Positions 9,491-19,170 of a stretch of 64,000 bases of DNA are shown here, piece by piece. The stretch spans positions 43,237-107,236 of the forward strand of contig CAZIAP010000002.1 in assembly GCA_964537315.1 (NCBI GenBank). The letters are read 5' to 3'. Each line of letters starts with the position of its first letter. The stretch's first letter is position 1. This stretch comes from an uncultured Gammaproteobacteria bacterium (GTDB lineage Bacteria > Patescibacteriota > Microgenomatia > Levybacterales > GWA1-39-11). The position numbers and the translations under genes are program-made. The notes beneath the pieces are model-generated. The model was not told the origin of the DNA and searched no databases. It saw nothing but the letters and a program-made list of their open reading frames with translations.

Positions 9491-9538
9491 ATGATTACCA
9501 GTTGGCAGATTTATCTGATATAAAGGGGGTAAATATAT

Positions 9539-10027
9539 ATGACACAAAAAATAATACCAAATCTTTGGTTTAACAATAACGCGTCAGAGGCTGTAGATTT
9601 TTATCTTTCAGTGTTTAATGATGCGAAAATTTTAAATACGGACTACTACACTGAGATTGGAGAAAACATTACCGGACACAAAAAGGGAGACGTTTTAACA
9701 ATTGAGTTTGAACTGTTAGGAACTCGATTTATTGCAACTAATGCCGGTCCTGGATTTACTTTCAACCCTTCAGTATCTTTCATGGTGGAATGTAAAGACC
9801 AGGAAGAAATCGATTATTATTGGGAAAAGTTATCTGCAGTTCCTGAAGCTGAACAGTGTGGTTGGTTACAGGACAAATACGGAATATCTTGGCAAATTGT
9901 TCCGACTACCTTATTTCATATGTTAAAAGTTGGCACACCGGAGCAAAGAAAACGGGTAACAGAAGCTTTCATGCCCATGAAAAAGTTTGATATCAAGGAA
10001 TTGGAGAACGCTTTCGAAGGAGAATAG
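9539..10027 (+). CDS. VOC family (PhnB-like) protein, paralog of 4814
   Basis: PNLWF, EEIDYYWEKLS, QCGWLQDKYGISWQIVP. Confidence 0.9.
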   Translation: MTQKIIPNLWFNNNASEAVDFYLSVFNDAKILNTDYYTEIGENITGHKKGDVLTIEFELLGTRFIATNAGPGFTFNPSVSFMVECKDQEEIDYYWEKLSAVPEAEQCGWLQDKYGISWQIVPTTLFHMLKVGTPEQRKRVTEAFMPMKKFDIKELENAFEGE

Positions 10028-10110
10028 AACAAACTAGTAGCCTCAGAAATAGCTTAGTCATTCAGTAAAACAATCAAAATGACAGTACTGTCTTCTGATA
10101 TAATTCTTGA

Positions 10111-11409
10111 GTGAAAACGTTTTATCAAGTACTGGCAAATACCTTAATTGTAGCTTTTACAAATAACTTTGTATGGTTTGCTCTCACATTTTGGATTTAT
10201 TTGGAAACAAAATCTGTTTTGGCAACAGCATATATAGCAGGTATTTATTTAGTTGCCACAGCATCATCTGGGTTCTGGCTAGGTTCAATAGTAGACCATA
10301 ACAAAAAGAAAACCGTAATGATGATTTCAAGCATCATTACTCTCATATGCTTTTCAGTAGGAATGTTACTTTTCTTATTAGCACCTGATGGAGCATTTAA
10401 AAGCATTTCAAGTACTTATCTATGGGTACTCGTGCTGTTTCTTATGCTAGGTGTAATTGCAGGAAATATTAGAAATATAGCACTTCCAACCATTGTTACG
10501 CTTCTAATTGATGAAGACTTCAGGGATAGAGCAAATGGAATGTCAGGAACTGTGATGGGTATATCCTTTGCTATTACTTCCGTAGCAAGCGGACTTATAC
10601 TTGCTCATGGAGGAATGAATTCTGTACTTGTAATTTCAATTGTCACTACTGCTATTGCCATCTTCCATATGATCCTTACAAATATTCCCGAGAAGAAGAT
10701 TGTTCATGCTCAAGACGCACCCAAGAAAATAGACATAAAAGGAACATACTTAGTAGTCAAAGCGATACCAGGACTATTAGCACTAATTCTATTTGCCACG
10801 ATAAACAACTTCTTAGGTGGAGTGTTTATGTCGCTAATGGACCCATATGGTCTTTCCCTCGTTTCTGTTCAAGAATGGGGCATTCTTTGGGGATTTCTAA
10901 GTCTTGGTTTTATATTAGGTGGACTTATTGTTGCAAAAAAAGGATTAGGAAAAAACCCTCTACGTACACTATTCCTAGCAAACATTGTTATGTGGACTGT
11001 GTCGATATTTTTCACAATCCAACCTTGGATAGCACTCCTTGCCGCAGGTATGTTTACTTGGATATGTTTAGTTCCATTCGCGGAAGCAGCTGAACAAACA
11101 ATCATTCAAAAAGTAGTACCAAAGGAACGTCAAGGAAGAGTGTTTGGATTCGCTCAAAGTGTAGAGCAAGCAGCATCACCACTTACGGCATTTCTAATCG
11201 GTCCCATTGCACAGTTTATCTTTATCCCTTATATGACTACCGGAAGTGGAGTACAGCTAATTGGACACTGGTTTGGAGTTGGGCAAGACAGAGGAATCGC
11301 TCTTGTATTTATTATTGCAGGAATCATAGGACTTACTATTACTCTTATAGCAATGCGTTCAAATGCTTACAAACTACTTAGTCAGAGGTATTTGCAGAAT
11401 AATTCTTAA
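10111..11409 (+). CDS. MFS transporter (DHA3-like)
   Basis: About 12 TM segments; GSIVDHNKKK and QGRVFG motifs. Confidence 0.9.
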   Translation: MKTFYQVLANTLIVAFTNNFVWFALTFWIYLETKSVLATAYIAGIYLVATASSGFWLGSIVDHNKKKTVMMISSIITLICFSVGMLLFLLAPDGAFKSISSTYLWVLVLFLMLGVIAGNIRNIALPTIVTLLIDEDFRDRANGMSGTVMGISFAITSVASGLILAHGGMNSVLVISIVTTAIAIFHMILTNIPEKKIVHAQDAPKKIDIKGTYLVVKAIPGLLALILFATINNFLGGVFMSLMDPYGLSLVSVQEWGILWGFLSLGFILGGLIVAKKGLGKNPLRTLFLANIVMWTVSIFFTIQPWIALLAAGMFTWICLVPFAEAAEQTIIQKVVPKERQGRVFGFAQSVEQAASPLTAFLIGPIAQFIFIPYMTTGSGVQLIGHWFGVGQDRGIALVFIIAGIIGLTITLIAMRSNAYKLLSQRYLQNNS

Positions 11410-11478
11410 GATTTTTCTAACTACGATCATACCATACCATCATCTAATTTATACTTTCGTATGATAAGTTACTATTTA

Positions 11479-11829
11479 ATGGACAAAATTAGATCTACAA
11501 AAGAAGTTTTTGAAAGCCACCTTTTATTACGAAAAGAAGGAAAAGTTGAAGAGGATATTCAGACCAATTACTCAGATGATATAGTAATTATTTCGAGTGT
11601 TAGCAAATTTTATGGTCATGATGGAGTAAGAAAATCAGCAAATGTGCTAGAAAATGACATAGGAGATAGTGAATTTATCTACGTTAAACAAGAAGTAGAG
11701 CAATCTATTGCATACTTGGTATGGAATGCTGAATCTAATAATAAGATAACCTCGGGTACAGACTCTTTTTTGATTAAAGATGGGAAGATAAAAATACAAA
11801 CTATCTATTATGAGGTGGAAAATAAGTAA
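11479..11829 (+). CDS. SnoaL/NTF2-like protein
   Basis: YSDDIVII...GHDGVR...GTDSFLIKDGKIKIQTI. Confidence 0.75.
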   Translation: MDKIRSTKEVFESHLLLRKEGKVEEDIQTNYSDDIVIISSVSKFYGHDGVRKSANVLENDIGDSEFIYVKQEVEQSIAYLVWNAESNNKITSGTDSFLIKDGKIKIQTIYYEVENK

Positions 11830-12073
11830 CTTTCTTATTTCTTACACTATTTTTCTTTGTATTTTATCTTCAAGCAATAAAATGCTTGTATGAGAATATT
11901 TAGATCTTTCATCGCTGTTCTCTCAAGCACAGTTTACTAAATAAATACAGTTTCTAGCCTCTTTTACTAGAAACTCTTACTTAACTCTTCACATAAATTG
12001 TATCCGTAGTTTACATATATTCCGTATTGTGTATTAAATTCAAGAGCTTAACCTGAAAAAGGAGGCGATAAAA

Positions 12074-12343
12074 ATGAGTATAGTATTATGGATAATATTT
12101 GGAGCAATTGCAGGATTTATAGCTGATTTTCTTGATAAATCTGTAACTTTGAGCTGGATTGAAAGAATCGCCGTTGGAGTTGTGGGTGCTTTTATAGGAG
12201 GAACAATAGCAACACTGCTTACAACAGGACAGCTTGATTTTAGTGGAACCGCAGACTTTAATATAATTTCTCTTCTTGTTGCAGTTCTTGGAGCACTTCT
12301 TGCACTATTTGTATGGAAGAGAATGAAACCTGGTAGAGTATAG
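12074..12343 (+). CDS. GlsB/YeaQ/YmgE transglycosylase-associated membrane protein
   Basis: WIIFGAIAGFIA...VGVVGAFIGG...VAVLGA; SD AAGGAGG. Confidence 0.9.
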   Translation: MSIVLWIIFGAIAGFIADFLDKSVTLSWIERIAVGVVGAFIGGTIATLLTTGQLDFSGTADFNIISLLVAVLGALLALFVWKRMKPGRV

Positions 12344-12583
12344 TTGTTTTAATATTCATCATCTTAATATATATATTAGTAGTATTAGTAGGTGATGTTG
12401 ATAAGTGGAGTAAAGCATAAGCGCGTGCCTGAAAAAATGGGGAAAAGTGAGGTATATCTTTGTGCATTAAATGTTTATAAAGTTTTCTTAGTCTAATCTT
12501 TGGTGATAACATTAAGATAATTCACTGGTTGTAAACATTATTTCCCCAATTAACTAGTGATATTGATCCACATTGTTTCCACA
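12344..12583. other. probable replication origin (oriC) with DnaA boxes, DnaA-trios and AT-rich DUE
   Basis: Minus strand reads TTATCAACA-TCAC-CTA CTA ATA CTA CTA ATA-TATATATTAAG (12404 to 12363); about 8 further degenerate boxes extend to 12583. Confidence 0.75.
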
Positions 12584-13177
12584 TTAAATAAAGGGTTTAA
12601 GTGATTGCATATCCTCAATAAGAGTTTTTTTGCTTCTGCCTGAGTAAAGCGCTACTGCAGGGTGATAAAGAGGAATGATATGTATATCTCCATACGCGGC
12701 TTTAGCAGGAATGACTTTTCCGTGGAGAGTGCTAATTGAACCTGTCTGTTCAAGAAGGTTAAACTTTTCCAGTATATATTTCATAGAAAACCTTCCGAGT
12801 GTAGCTATAACTTTTGGTTGAATGATATTGATTTGTTTTTCCAGAAAAGGTGAGTAAAGAGCAATCTCGTGAGGTGAGGGGTCTCTGTTTTCTGGGGGTC
12901 TATCTTTAACAATATTGGTAATGTATACATTTTTTCGCTCAAGATTAATAGATGTAAGCATTTCATCTAATATTCTGCCTGCAGCTCCACAAAACGGTCG
13001 TGCTTGTTCAGCTTCGTTCTTACCTGGTGCTTCACCTGCAAACATTATCGTAGCATCATGGTTTCCTTCTCCAATTACAGGGTAATAATTATTTTTCTTT
13101 CTGTATTCATATAAAGGTGATTCTTTGAGGTTTAAAACTTCATCACGAATTTTTCTTAGTTCCTCTGTTTTATTCAT
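12584..13177 (-). CDS. udg: uracil-DNA glycosylase family 4
   Basis: GEAPG..E...PFCG.AG, TNIVKDRPPENRDP, YHPA. Confidence 0.93.
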   Translation of the reverse strand: MNKTEELRKIRDEVLNLKESPLYEYRKKNNYYPVIGEGNHDATIMFAGEAPGKNEAEQARPFCGAAGRILDEMLTSINLERKNVYITNIVKDRPPENRDPSPHEIALYSPFLEKQINIIQPKVIATLGRFSMKYILEKFNLLEQTGSISTLHGKVIPAKAAYGDIHIIPLYHPAVALYSGRSKKTLIEDMQSLKPFI

Positions 13178-13241
13178 AATAAATATTATACCTTCTAAAG
13201 GGTTGTTTAGGAAACTTATGTTTCTTATAATGAATAGTTCT

Positions 13242-13850
13242 ATGATCGAAGTTTTTTTTGACGTTGAAACAAAAAAATTATTTCATGAAGTCGAAAATCG
13301 TGATGTTACAAAACTCGGTGTTTCGATTGTTTCTGTATATCAACGGGAGATTGACTCACAGTTTAGGGAAATTAAAGGACAGATGCGCAGCTATTGGGAA
13401 AAAGACTTTGCAGATCTCTGGAAAGTGCTTCATGATGCAGACAGAATAATTGGCTTTAATTCTATTAGTTTTGATAGTGCTGTTTTACAGCCATACGCAC
13501 CGTTTGCACTTAACAAACTTTCTCACTTTGACATGCTGGATGAGATTCGTAAAGTTCTTGGTCACAGACTGAGTCTTAATGCATTAGCATCTCAAACACT
13601 CGGTACTGCGAAAAGTGATGTGGGAACAAATGCTGTGGTGTACTTTGCAAAAGGTGATGCAGAAAGCCTGGCAAAACTTCAGTCCTACTGTGAAGCAGAT
13701 GTCCTTATTACGAGAGATCTATACGATTTCGGAGTGAGAAACAAACACTTAAAATATTTAGATAAATGGAATACTCTTCGAAAAGTAGAAATTGATTTCT
13801 CTTATCCTCAAGAGATATCTGAAGCAGGAAAACAAACGAGCTTATTTTAG
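13242..13850 (+). CDS. RNase H-like / DEDD exonuclease domain protein
   Basis: FFDVET, IIGFNSISFD, YCEADV motifs; start at MIEVFF. Confidence 0.85.
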   Translation: MIEVFFDVETKKLFHEVENRDVTKLGVSIVSVYQREIDSQFREIKGQMRSYWEKDFADLWKVLHDADRIIGFNSISFDSAVLQPYAPFALNKLSHFDMLDEIRKVLGHRLSLNALASQTLGTAKSDVGTNAVVYFAKGDAESLAKLQSYCEADVLITRDLYDFGVRNKHLKYLDKWNTLRKVEIDFSYPQEISEAGKQTSLF

Positions 13851-13980
13851 ACTATACATAACCCTTACATAATGTTGCTTTTCTTCACGTATCCAAGGTT
13901 TATAGTTGTATTATGGACTCGGTTTTAATAGCAACAATCTCAGTAGGACTTGTTATTTACATGAAAAATTCTCTATTATT

Positions 13981-14112
13981 ATGAAATTTAAACTGTTTGC
14001 AAAACAAAAAGTAAATACAGAACTTAAGAAAGATAAGGTATTAAAACTTGGGAAAAAGCAAATTGAAAAACTGGTAAAGCAGGGAATTACTATTCAGTTT
14101 GTTCGTTCATAA
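13981..14112 (+). CDS. small basic hypothetical protein (43 aa)
   Basis: MKFKLFAKQKV... fills the intergenic gap. Confidence 0.4.
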   Translation: MKFKLFAKQKVNTELKKDKVLKLGKKQIEKLVKQGITIQFVRS

Positions 14113-14871
14113 TTTTAAGCAGTCATCAAGCTTATATTCTCCAACTCTGGTTCTTTTAATAGCAAATGCTATTGCACAGCTTCCGACTGTCCTTCCCAAG
14201 TCATGCGCTAGGGTTCTCATATATGCTCCGTGAGACGATTTAACTCTTAAGGATATGAAGGGGTAGGTATTATTATTACTGTATAGTAAATCATTCCATG
14301 CTCTCAGAATCTTTTCTTGCCTGAAGTCTCCTTCTACTTGATTAATTTTTTGCTGAATGTCTTGTAACAGCTTTGATGCGGGCAAGGTTCTTGAGTCGAG
14401 TAATGTAATGTCGGTTATTTCAATTGGTTTAGATGGCACTTTAATTTCATTTATTTTGTCAATACGCGCCCAGTAAAACAAAGGTTTTCCATTAACTCTG
14501 GCTGAGGAGTAAGGAGGGTATGGTTGATCATATTTTCCTATAAATTTATGTAGTATTTTGCTAATATTTTTAATTTTTCCGATATCTATATCGCAAGTAT
14601 TAGTTACTAATCCAAGAGGATCATATGTGTCTGTCTCAAAACCAAATACTACACTCACCTCATATTCTTTAGATAGCATTTGGTGTTTTTCTCTTTTTTT
14701 GCACTCATCACCTGATAAAACTAATAATATTCCTTCTGCCATGGGATCGAGTCTTCCCGCATATGCTAATGGTACATTTTCCAGTTCCGGAACGGTCTTT
14801 TTTAAAAGATCCAATATTTGAAGAGGAGTACTGCCTACCGGTTTGTATACGGGAATAACAGAGGATTGCAT
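14107..14871 (-). CDS. truB: tRNA pseudouridine(55) synthase TruB-like
   Basis: YKPVGSTP, YAGRLDPMAEG, PPYSS, GAYMRTLAHDLG. Confidence 0.88.
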   Translation of the reverse strand: MQSSVIPVYKPVGSTPLQILDLLKKTVPELENVPLAYAGRLDPMAEGILLVLSGDECKKREKHQMLSKEYEVSVVFGFETDTYDPLGLVTNTCDIDIGKIKNISKILHKFIGKYDQPYPPYSSARVNGKPLFYWARIDKINEIKVPSKPIEITDITLLDSRTLPASKLLQDIQQKINQVEGDFRQEKILRAWNDLLYSNNNTYPFISLRVKSSHGAYMRTLAHDLGRTVGSCAIAFAIKRTRVGEYKLDDCLKL

Positions 14872-15476
14872 TAGGCGGACTCTTCGAAGCGACGAGAAAC
14901 TTCTTCCCAGTTAACAACTTTCCACCAAGCCTCAATATATTCAGGTCTGCGATTTTGATATTTAAGATAGTAAGCATGTTCCCAAACATCTAATCCCAAG
15001 AGTGGTGTTGTCTGACTCATAAGAGGACTGTCTTGATTTGGAGTAGTAACAATTTTAAGCTCTCCATTCTCAACTACTAGCCACGCCCATCCGCTTCCAA
15101 ATACTCCTGCAGCAGCTTCGTTAAATTTTGTTTTAAACGACTCTTCATCTCCAAATTTTGACTCTATTTTATCTTTCAGAGTATCAGACATACTGCTGCC
15201 TTCGTGAGGTGTCATAACTGTCCAGAAAAGAGTATGATTTGCGTGTCCACCTGCGTTATTTCTAACTTTTGTCCTAATATCTTCTGGGACCTGGTCAAGG
15301 TTTTGAATAAGTTCTTCAACTGGCATGGAAAGAAGATTCTCGTGATTGGAAAGGGCGTCATTGACGTTTTTTATGTAAGCTGCATGATGCTTGCCATGAT
15401 GAAGTCTCATGGTTTCTTCGTCAATTGCTTTTTCTAATGCATTGTAGTCATAAGGAAGGTCTGGAAGCGTATACAT
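14871..15476 (-). CDS. sodA: Mn/Fe superoxide dismutase
   Basis: HHGKHH, NNAGGHANH, DVWEHAYY. Confidence 0.97.
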   Translation of the reverse strand: MYTLPDLPYDYNALEKAIDEETMRLHHGKHHAAYIKNVNDALSNHENLLSMPVEELIQNLDQVPEDIRTKVRNNAGGHANHTLFWTVMTPHEGSSMSDTLKDKIESKFGDEESFKTKFNEAAAGVFGSGWAWLVVENGELKIVTTPNQDSPLMSQTTPLLGLDVWEHAYYLKYQNRRPEYIEAWWKVVNWEEVSRRFEESA

Positions 15477-15564
15477 AATTTTACTATGACTATATTATAC
15501 AAAGCATTTTCAAGATATGGGTAAGATGTTTGTAAGATTACAATAGACATAAAGTATTATAATC

Positions 15565-16689
15565 TTATTCTCGCCACTTCAACGCCACCCATGCTGATAA
15601 GACTGTGGAAATAGGAACTGCTAGGACTAGACCGATACTACCAGCTAACGTTCTGATAACCTCTTCTACGATAACCTGACTGTTAAGTATGACCCAATAT
15701 GGTTGGTTTGATGGGTTTAGCACAAATAGAATAAACAGGCTAAGTGAAGCGCCAGCGTAGGCAAGCACCAATGTGTTTACGAGTGCTGCTATATGCTCTT
15801 TTCCGACTACATATCCACGCGTAACAAGATCCATAAACTCTAATTTTTTATTTGCTCGTGAAATTTCAAATACCGCTGCAGCTTGCGAGGTTGTTATGTC
15901 GTCAAGCACTCCCAGTGTACCGATAATAATTCCACCTAGAAGTAGACCCTTTAAGTTAATGCTGGTTGGTCCGAACTGAAGTAAATATGCATCTTCGGTT
16001 CCTACACCTGAAAGACTGGTTATCTCTACGAATAAAAAAGCAAGAATGCCCGTAATTAATAGTGATCCTGCGGTGGAGGCAAGAGCTACAGTAGTTCTCC
16101 TTGAAATACCATGAGCAAGATAGATTGTAATAACCATAATTGCAAGTGATCCAGCTATAGTGATAAGGAGTGGATCTTGTCCTCGAAGTATTTGAGGAAC
16201 AATGAACTGTAAAATAATTAGCACACTAACTATCATCCCCAGTATCGAACCAAGTCCTTTTTTTCCTGCAACAAAGATTACCAGCAGAAAGAATCCTGCA
16301 ACTATATAGAGGAGAGTGTCTATTCTGTAACGGTCTAACACTGTGTAGTTTGTTTTGTCAGGTAGAATTGTTTTGATCAATACCACAGTCTCACCAACTT
16401 TAAGCTTTTGGGACGAGTCGACTCTGACTACTCCGCCGTGGTCAATTGTGACACTTTTCCCTTTTTCAGGCCCATCTTCAATCTCAAGTTTTACAGTCTG
16501 AACATAATTGATAGATCCATCTACTTTCTTGTTTTCTTCTTTTATAACCTCAATCACCTGAGCTTTGTAGTAGTGTTCTTCAGGAGGTTCAGGAGGCAGT
16601 AGTTTCCCTTGTGCATGTGAAGTTGGTAGGAAAAGAAAAAATAAAATTAAAAAAATATTAATATAACGTAGCAGCTTATTCATTAACAT
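15565..16689 (-). CDS. YibE/F family membrane protein
   Basis: LGVLDDIT.SQ, NTLVLAYAG, EEVIRTLAGSIG. Confidence 0.92.
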   Translation of the reverse strand: MLMNKLLRYINIFLILFFLFLPTSHAQGKLLPPEPPEEHYYKAQVIEVIKEENKKVDGSINYVQTVKLEIEDGPEKGKSVTIDHGGVVRVDSSQKLKVGETVVLIKTILPDKTNYTVLDRYRIDTLLYIVAGFFLLVIFVAGKKGLGSILGMIVSVLIILQFIVPQILRGQDPLLITIAGSLAIMVITIYLAHGISRRTTVALASTAGSLLITGILAFLFVEITSLSGVGTEDAYLLQFGPTSINLKGLLLGGIIIGTLGVLDDITTSQAAAVFEISRANKKLEFMDLVTRGYVVGKEHIAALVNTLVLAYAGASLSLFILFVLNPSNQPYWVILNSQVIVEEVIRTLAGSIGLVLAVPISTVLSAWVALKWRE

Positions 16690-16764
16690 AGTATTATATC
16701 AGCAGTATTCTGTCTGTTGTAGCTTGATTACCAGATAGTGTATAATCACAATCACTATAAGACT

Positions 16765-17757
16765 ATGATAAATAAATCCTTTTTTAGGCACTTACTCAAT
16801 AACCAGATTATTGTAGCGTTAATTGTACTCGGATTTGCCTGGTTGGTTGTAGAGCTGATTAGTGTAGTAATAGCCGGTTTTGTTGCTTATATAATCATGG
16901 CCGCAATCTCGCCAATCGTCGAACGCTTGACGGGCTATGGTGTTCCAAAAGCTTTGGCTGCAGCAGGTGTTTACTTACTGATCGTAGTTATATTATTTGT
17001 CTTAATTTTTCCTTTAGTCCCGTTCTTAGTAAATCAAACGACTCAGCTATTCACAAAACTTCCTGCATATATTCAGAATGCAACTGAACTGATAGGTGTG
17101 AATATCAGTAGAGAAGAGTTGCAAGAAATAATAACTTCTCAGATTGGGGCAATAGGAAGTAATGCGCTTCAGGTTACGACAAGGGTGTTTGGAGGTGTGT
17201 TTAATATATTGACAATAATAGTTCTCAGCTTTTATCTTTTACTTGACCATACCCGTGTAAAAAACAGTGTGGCCTCTTTATTCTCAAACAGCACTAATAA
17301 AAAAGCGATTGAGGTACTTAGCAAGGTAGAGTACAAGCTTGGCGCATGGCTTAGAGGACAGATTTTTTTATCATTATTTATTGGTGTTTTTACTTGGGTG
17401 GGCCTATCATTAATTGGTCTGGAGTATGCTCTACCTTTGGCGCTTCTTGCAGGTATGCTTGAGATTGTGCCTACTCTTGGACCCATAATCGCAGCCATAC
17501 CGGCAATTTTAATTGCTTTAAGCGTATCTTTACCTATGGCGATCGTGGTTACAGGGTTTTATGTTTTAATTCAGATAATCGAGAATAATTTTCTTGTACC
17601 TCGAATAATGCAACGAGCAGTAGGCTTGCACCCGATAATCGTTATATTAGGAATAATTGTGGGTGGTAGGCTGCTTGGGATTATAGGAGCTTTGCTTGCT
17701 GTACCGTTTATTTCACTTATTGTCGTTGTTGCATCAGAAGTGCGCAAGCGAGCCTAA
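16765..17757 (+). CDS. AI-2E family transporter
   Basis: WLRGQ, IVPTLGP, QIIENNFLVPRIM, LHP motifs. Confidence 0.92.
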   Translation: MINKSFFRHLLNNQIIVALIVLGFAWLVVELISVVIAGFVAYIIMAAISPIVERLTGYGVPKALAAAGVYLLIVVILFVLIFPLVPFLVNQTTQLFTKLPAYIQNATELIGVNISREELQEIITSQIGAIGSNALQVTTRVFGGVFNILTIIVLSFYLLLDHTRVKNSVASLFSNSTNKKAIEVLSKVEYKLGAWLRGQIFLSLFIGVFTWVGLSLIGLEYALPLALLAGMLEIVPTLGPIIAAIPAILIALSVSLPMAIVVTGFYVLIQIIENNFLVPRIMQRAVGLHPIIVILGIIVGGRLLGIIGALLAVPFISLIVVVASEVRKRA

Positions 17758-17765
17758 TTCTCTCC

Positions 17766-19088
17766 ATGATTTCAAGTTTTGATCAAGCACTACAATACTT
17801 ATACTCTCACATTCCCAAAAGTACCGGCAGAATGTTTCCTGGCGAGGTTGGTCTTGCTCGTATGAATGCGCTTGTCACAGAGCTTGGTAATCCGCAGGAG
17901 AAGTATAAAACTGTTCATATTGCTGGAACATCAGGAAAAGGGTCGACTGCCACAATTGTAAGCCATCTTCTTAAGAGTCAGGGGTTTAAAGTTGGGCTTC
18001 AGCTTTCTCCACACGTATTGGATATTCGTGAACGCATTCAAATTAACAATAGTTTGTTGGATAAACACAAATTCCTCAAGTATTTAAATGAGATAGTTCC
18101 CGCTGTAGAAAAAATGTCTAAAGGAGACTTTGGACAAGTTACATATTTTGAAATTCTTGTGTCACTTGCTTACTACTCATTTTGGAAAGAAGGAGTAGCT
18201 TATGCTGTAATCGAAACAGGAATGGGAGGCTTGTATGATGGGACAAATATCATCAAAAATCCACAAAAATTAGCTGTAATAACGAGAATTGGGCATGATC
18301 ATATGTCCGTGCTTGGAAAAACATTGCCTCAGATAGCAAAACAAAAAGCAGGGATCATCCATAAAGGTAACATCGTTATAACTATTGAGCAGTCAAATGA
18401 TGTATTAAATGTAATTGAGTCAGAGAGCGATGTGAAGCAAGCAGAATTAGCTGTTATTAAATCTAAAGACTACTCAGTAGAAAGTATAAGTAAGACAGGA
18501 ACGAAGTTTTATGACGGTATAAGAAAGCAGAAACTTCATCTCGGATTAATAGGTTCGCATCAAGTAGAAAATGCCATGCTTGCATTGGAAGCAGTATCGA
18601 GAATAGCACAACGTGACAATTGGAACATGCAATCAAATAAAACAACAAAAGTACTACAAGAATTAAAATTTCCGGCACGAATGGATGTTGTTACCTATAA
18701 ACAAAAAACGTTGGTGATAGACGGTGCGCACAACTCCCAAAAAATGAGGGCGTTTCTTAAATCTTTGAGTGCTCTTTACCCAAGAGAAAAATTTGTTTTT
18801 CTTGTTGCATTTAAACACGGAAAAGACATTAAGCAGATGATGAGTCTTTTACAAAAATATGCAAAAGAGATTGTTGTCACAGACTTTTTTGTGGGAAATC
18901 AAGATATGCCAAACATATCAGAATCTGCAGATAGAGTGGCCTCATATGCAACTGTAATTCCTGTTCAAGCGATAAGTGGTGCTGATAAAGCATTAGAGTA
19001 CGCACTAAAGCAAGATGATAAAGTTATCGTTACGGGCTCCTTATATTTTGCTTCTGAAATATACTCATTATTAAAGGCAAAAAGTTAA
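17766..19088 (+). CDS. folC: folylpolyglutamate synthase/dihydrofolate synthase
   Basis: HIAGTSGKGS, ETGMGGLYDGTN, DGAHN, TGSLY. Confidence 0.93.
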   Translation: MISSFDQALQYLYSHIPKSTGRMFPGEVGLARMNALVTELGNPQEKYKTVHIAGTSGKGSTATIVSHLLKSQGFKVGLQLSPHVLDIRERIQINNSLLDKHKFLKYLNEIVPAVEKMSKGDFGQVTYFEILVSLAYYSFWKEGVAYAVIETGMGGLYDGTNIIKNPQKLAVITRIGHDHMSVLGKTLPQIAKQKAGIIHKGNIVITIEQSNDVLNVIESESDVKQAELAVIKSKDYSVESISKTGTKFYDGIRKQKLHLGLIGSHQVENAMLALEAVSRIAQRDNWNMQSNKTTKVLQELKFPARMDVVTYKQKTLVIDGAHNSQKMRAFLKSLSALYPREKFVFLVAFKHGKDIKQMMSLLQKYAKEIVVTDFFVGNQDMPNISESADRVASYATVIPVQAISGADKALEYALKQDDKVIVTGSLYFASEIYSLLKAKS

Positions 19089-19124
19089 AAGCCTTTATCT
19101 TCAACTATGAAACATCAGGCTTTA

Positions 19125-19164
19125 TTAGCAGTCTATTGACATGACTGATAAAAACTACTAAAAT
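19125..19164 (+). promoter_or_regulatory. CIRCE-like operator overlapping the clpB promoter
   Basis: TTAGCAGTC-N9-GACTGATAA (19125-19151); TTGACA (19136)-17-TAAAAT (19159-19164). Confidence 0.8.
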
Positions 19165-19170
19165 ATGTCT

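Noticed and set aside
4814-12343. Integron cassette array
   Set aside because: No repeated attC-like RYYYAAC...GTTRRRY structures or integrase seen; the genes have their own promoters.
12258-12512. 84-aa minus-strand ORF
   Set aside because: Overlaps a real gene and the DnaA box/trio array; the translation is not protein-like.
19136-19146. TTGACATGACT shared by the clpB and lexA promoters
   Set aside because: Six of the 11 nt are the -35 element; the rest belong to different palindromes (CIRCE versus the ATGAC box), so coincidence is likely.
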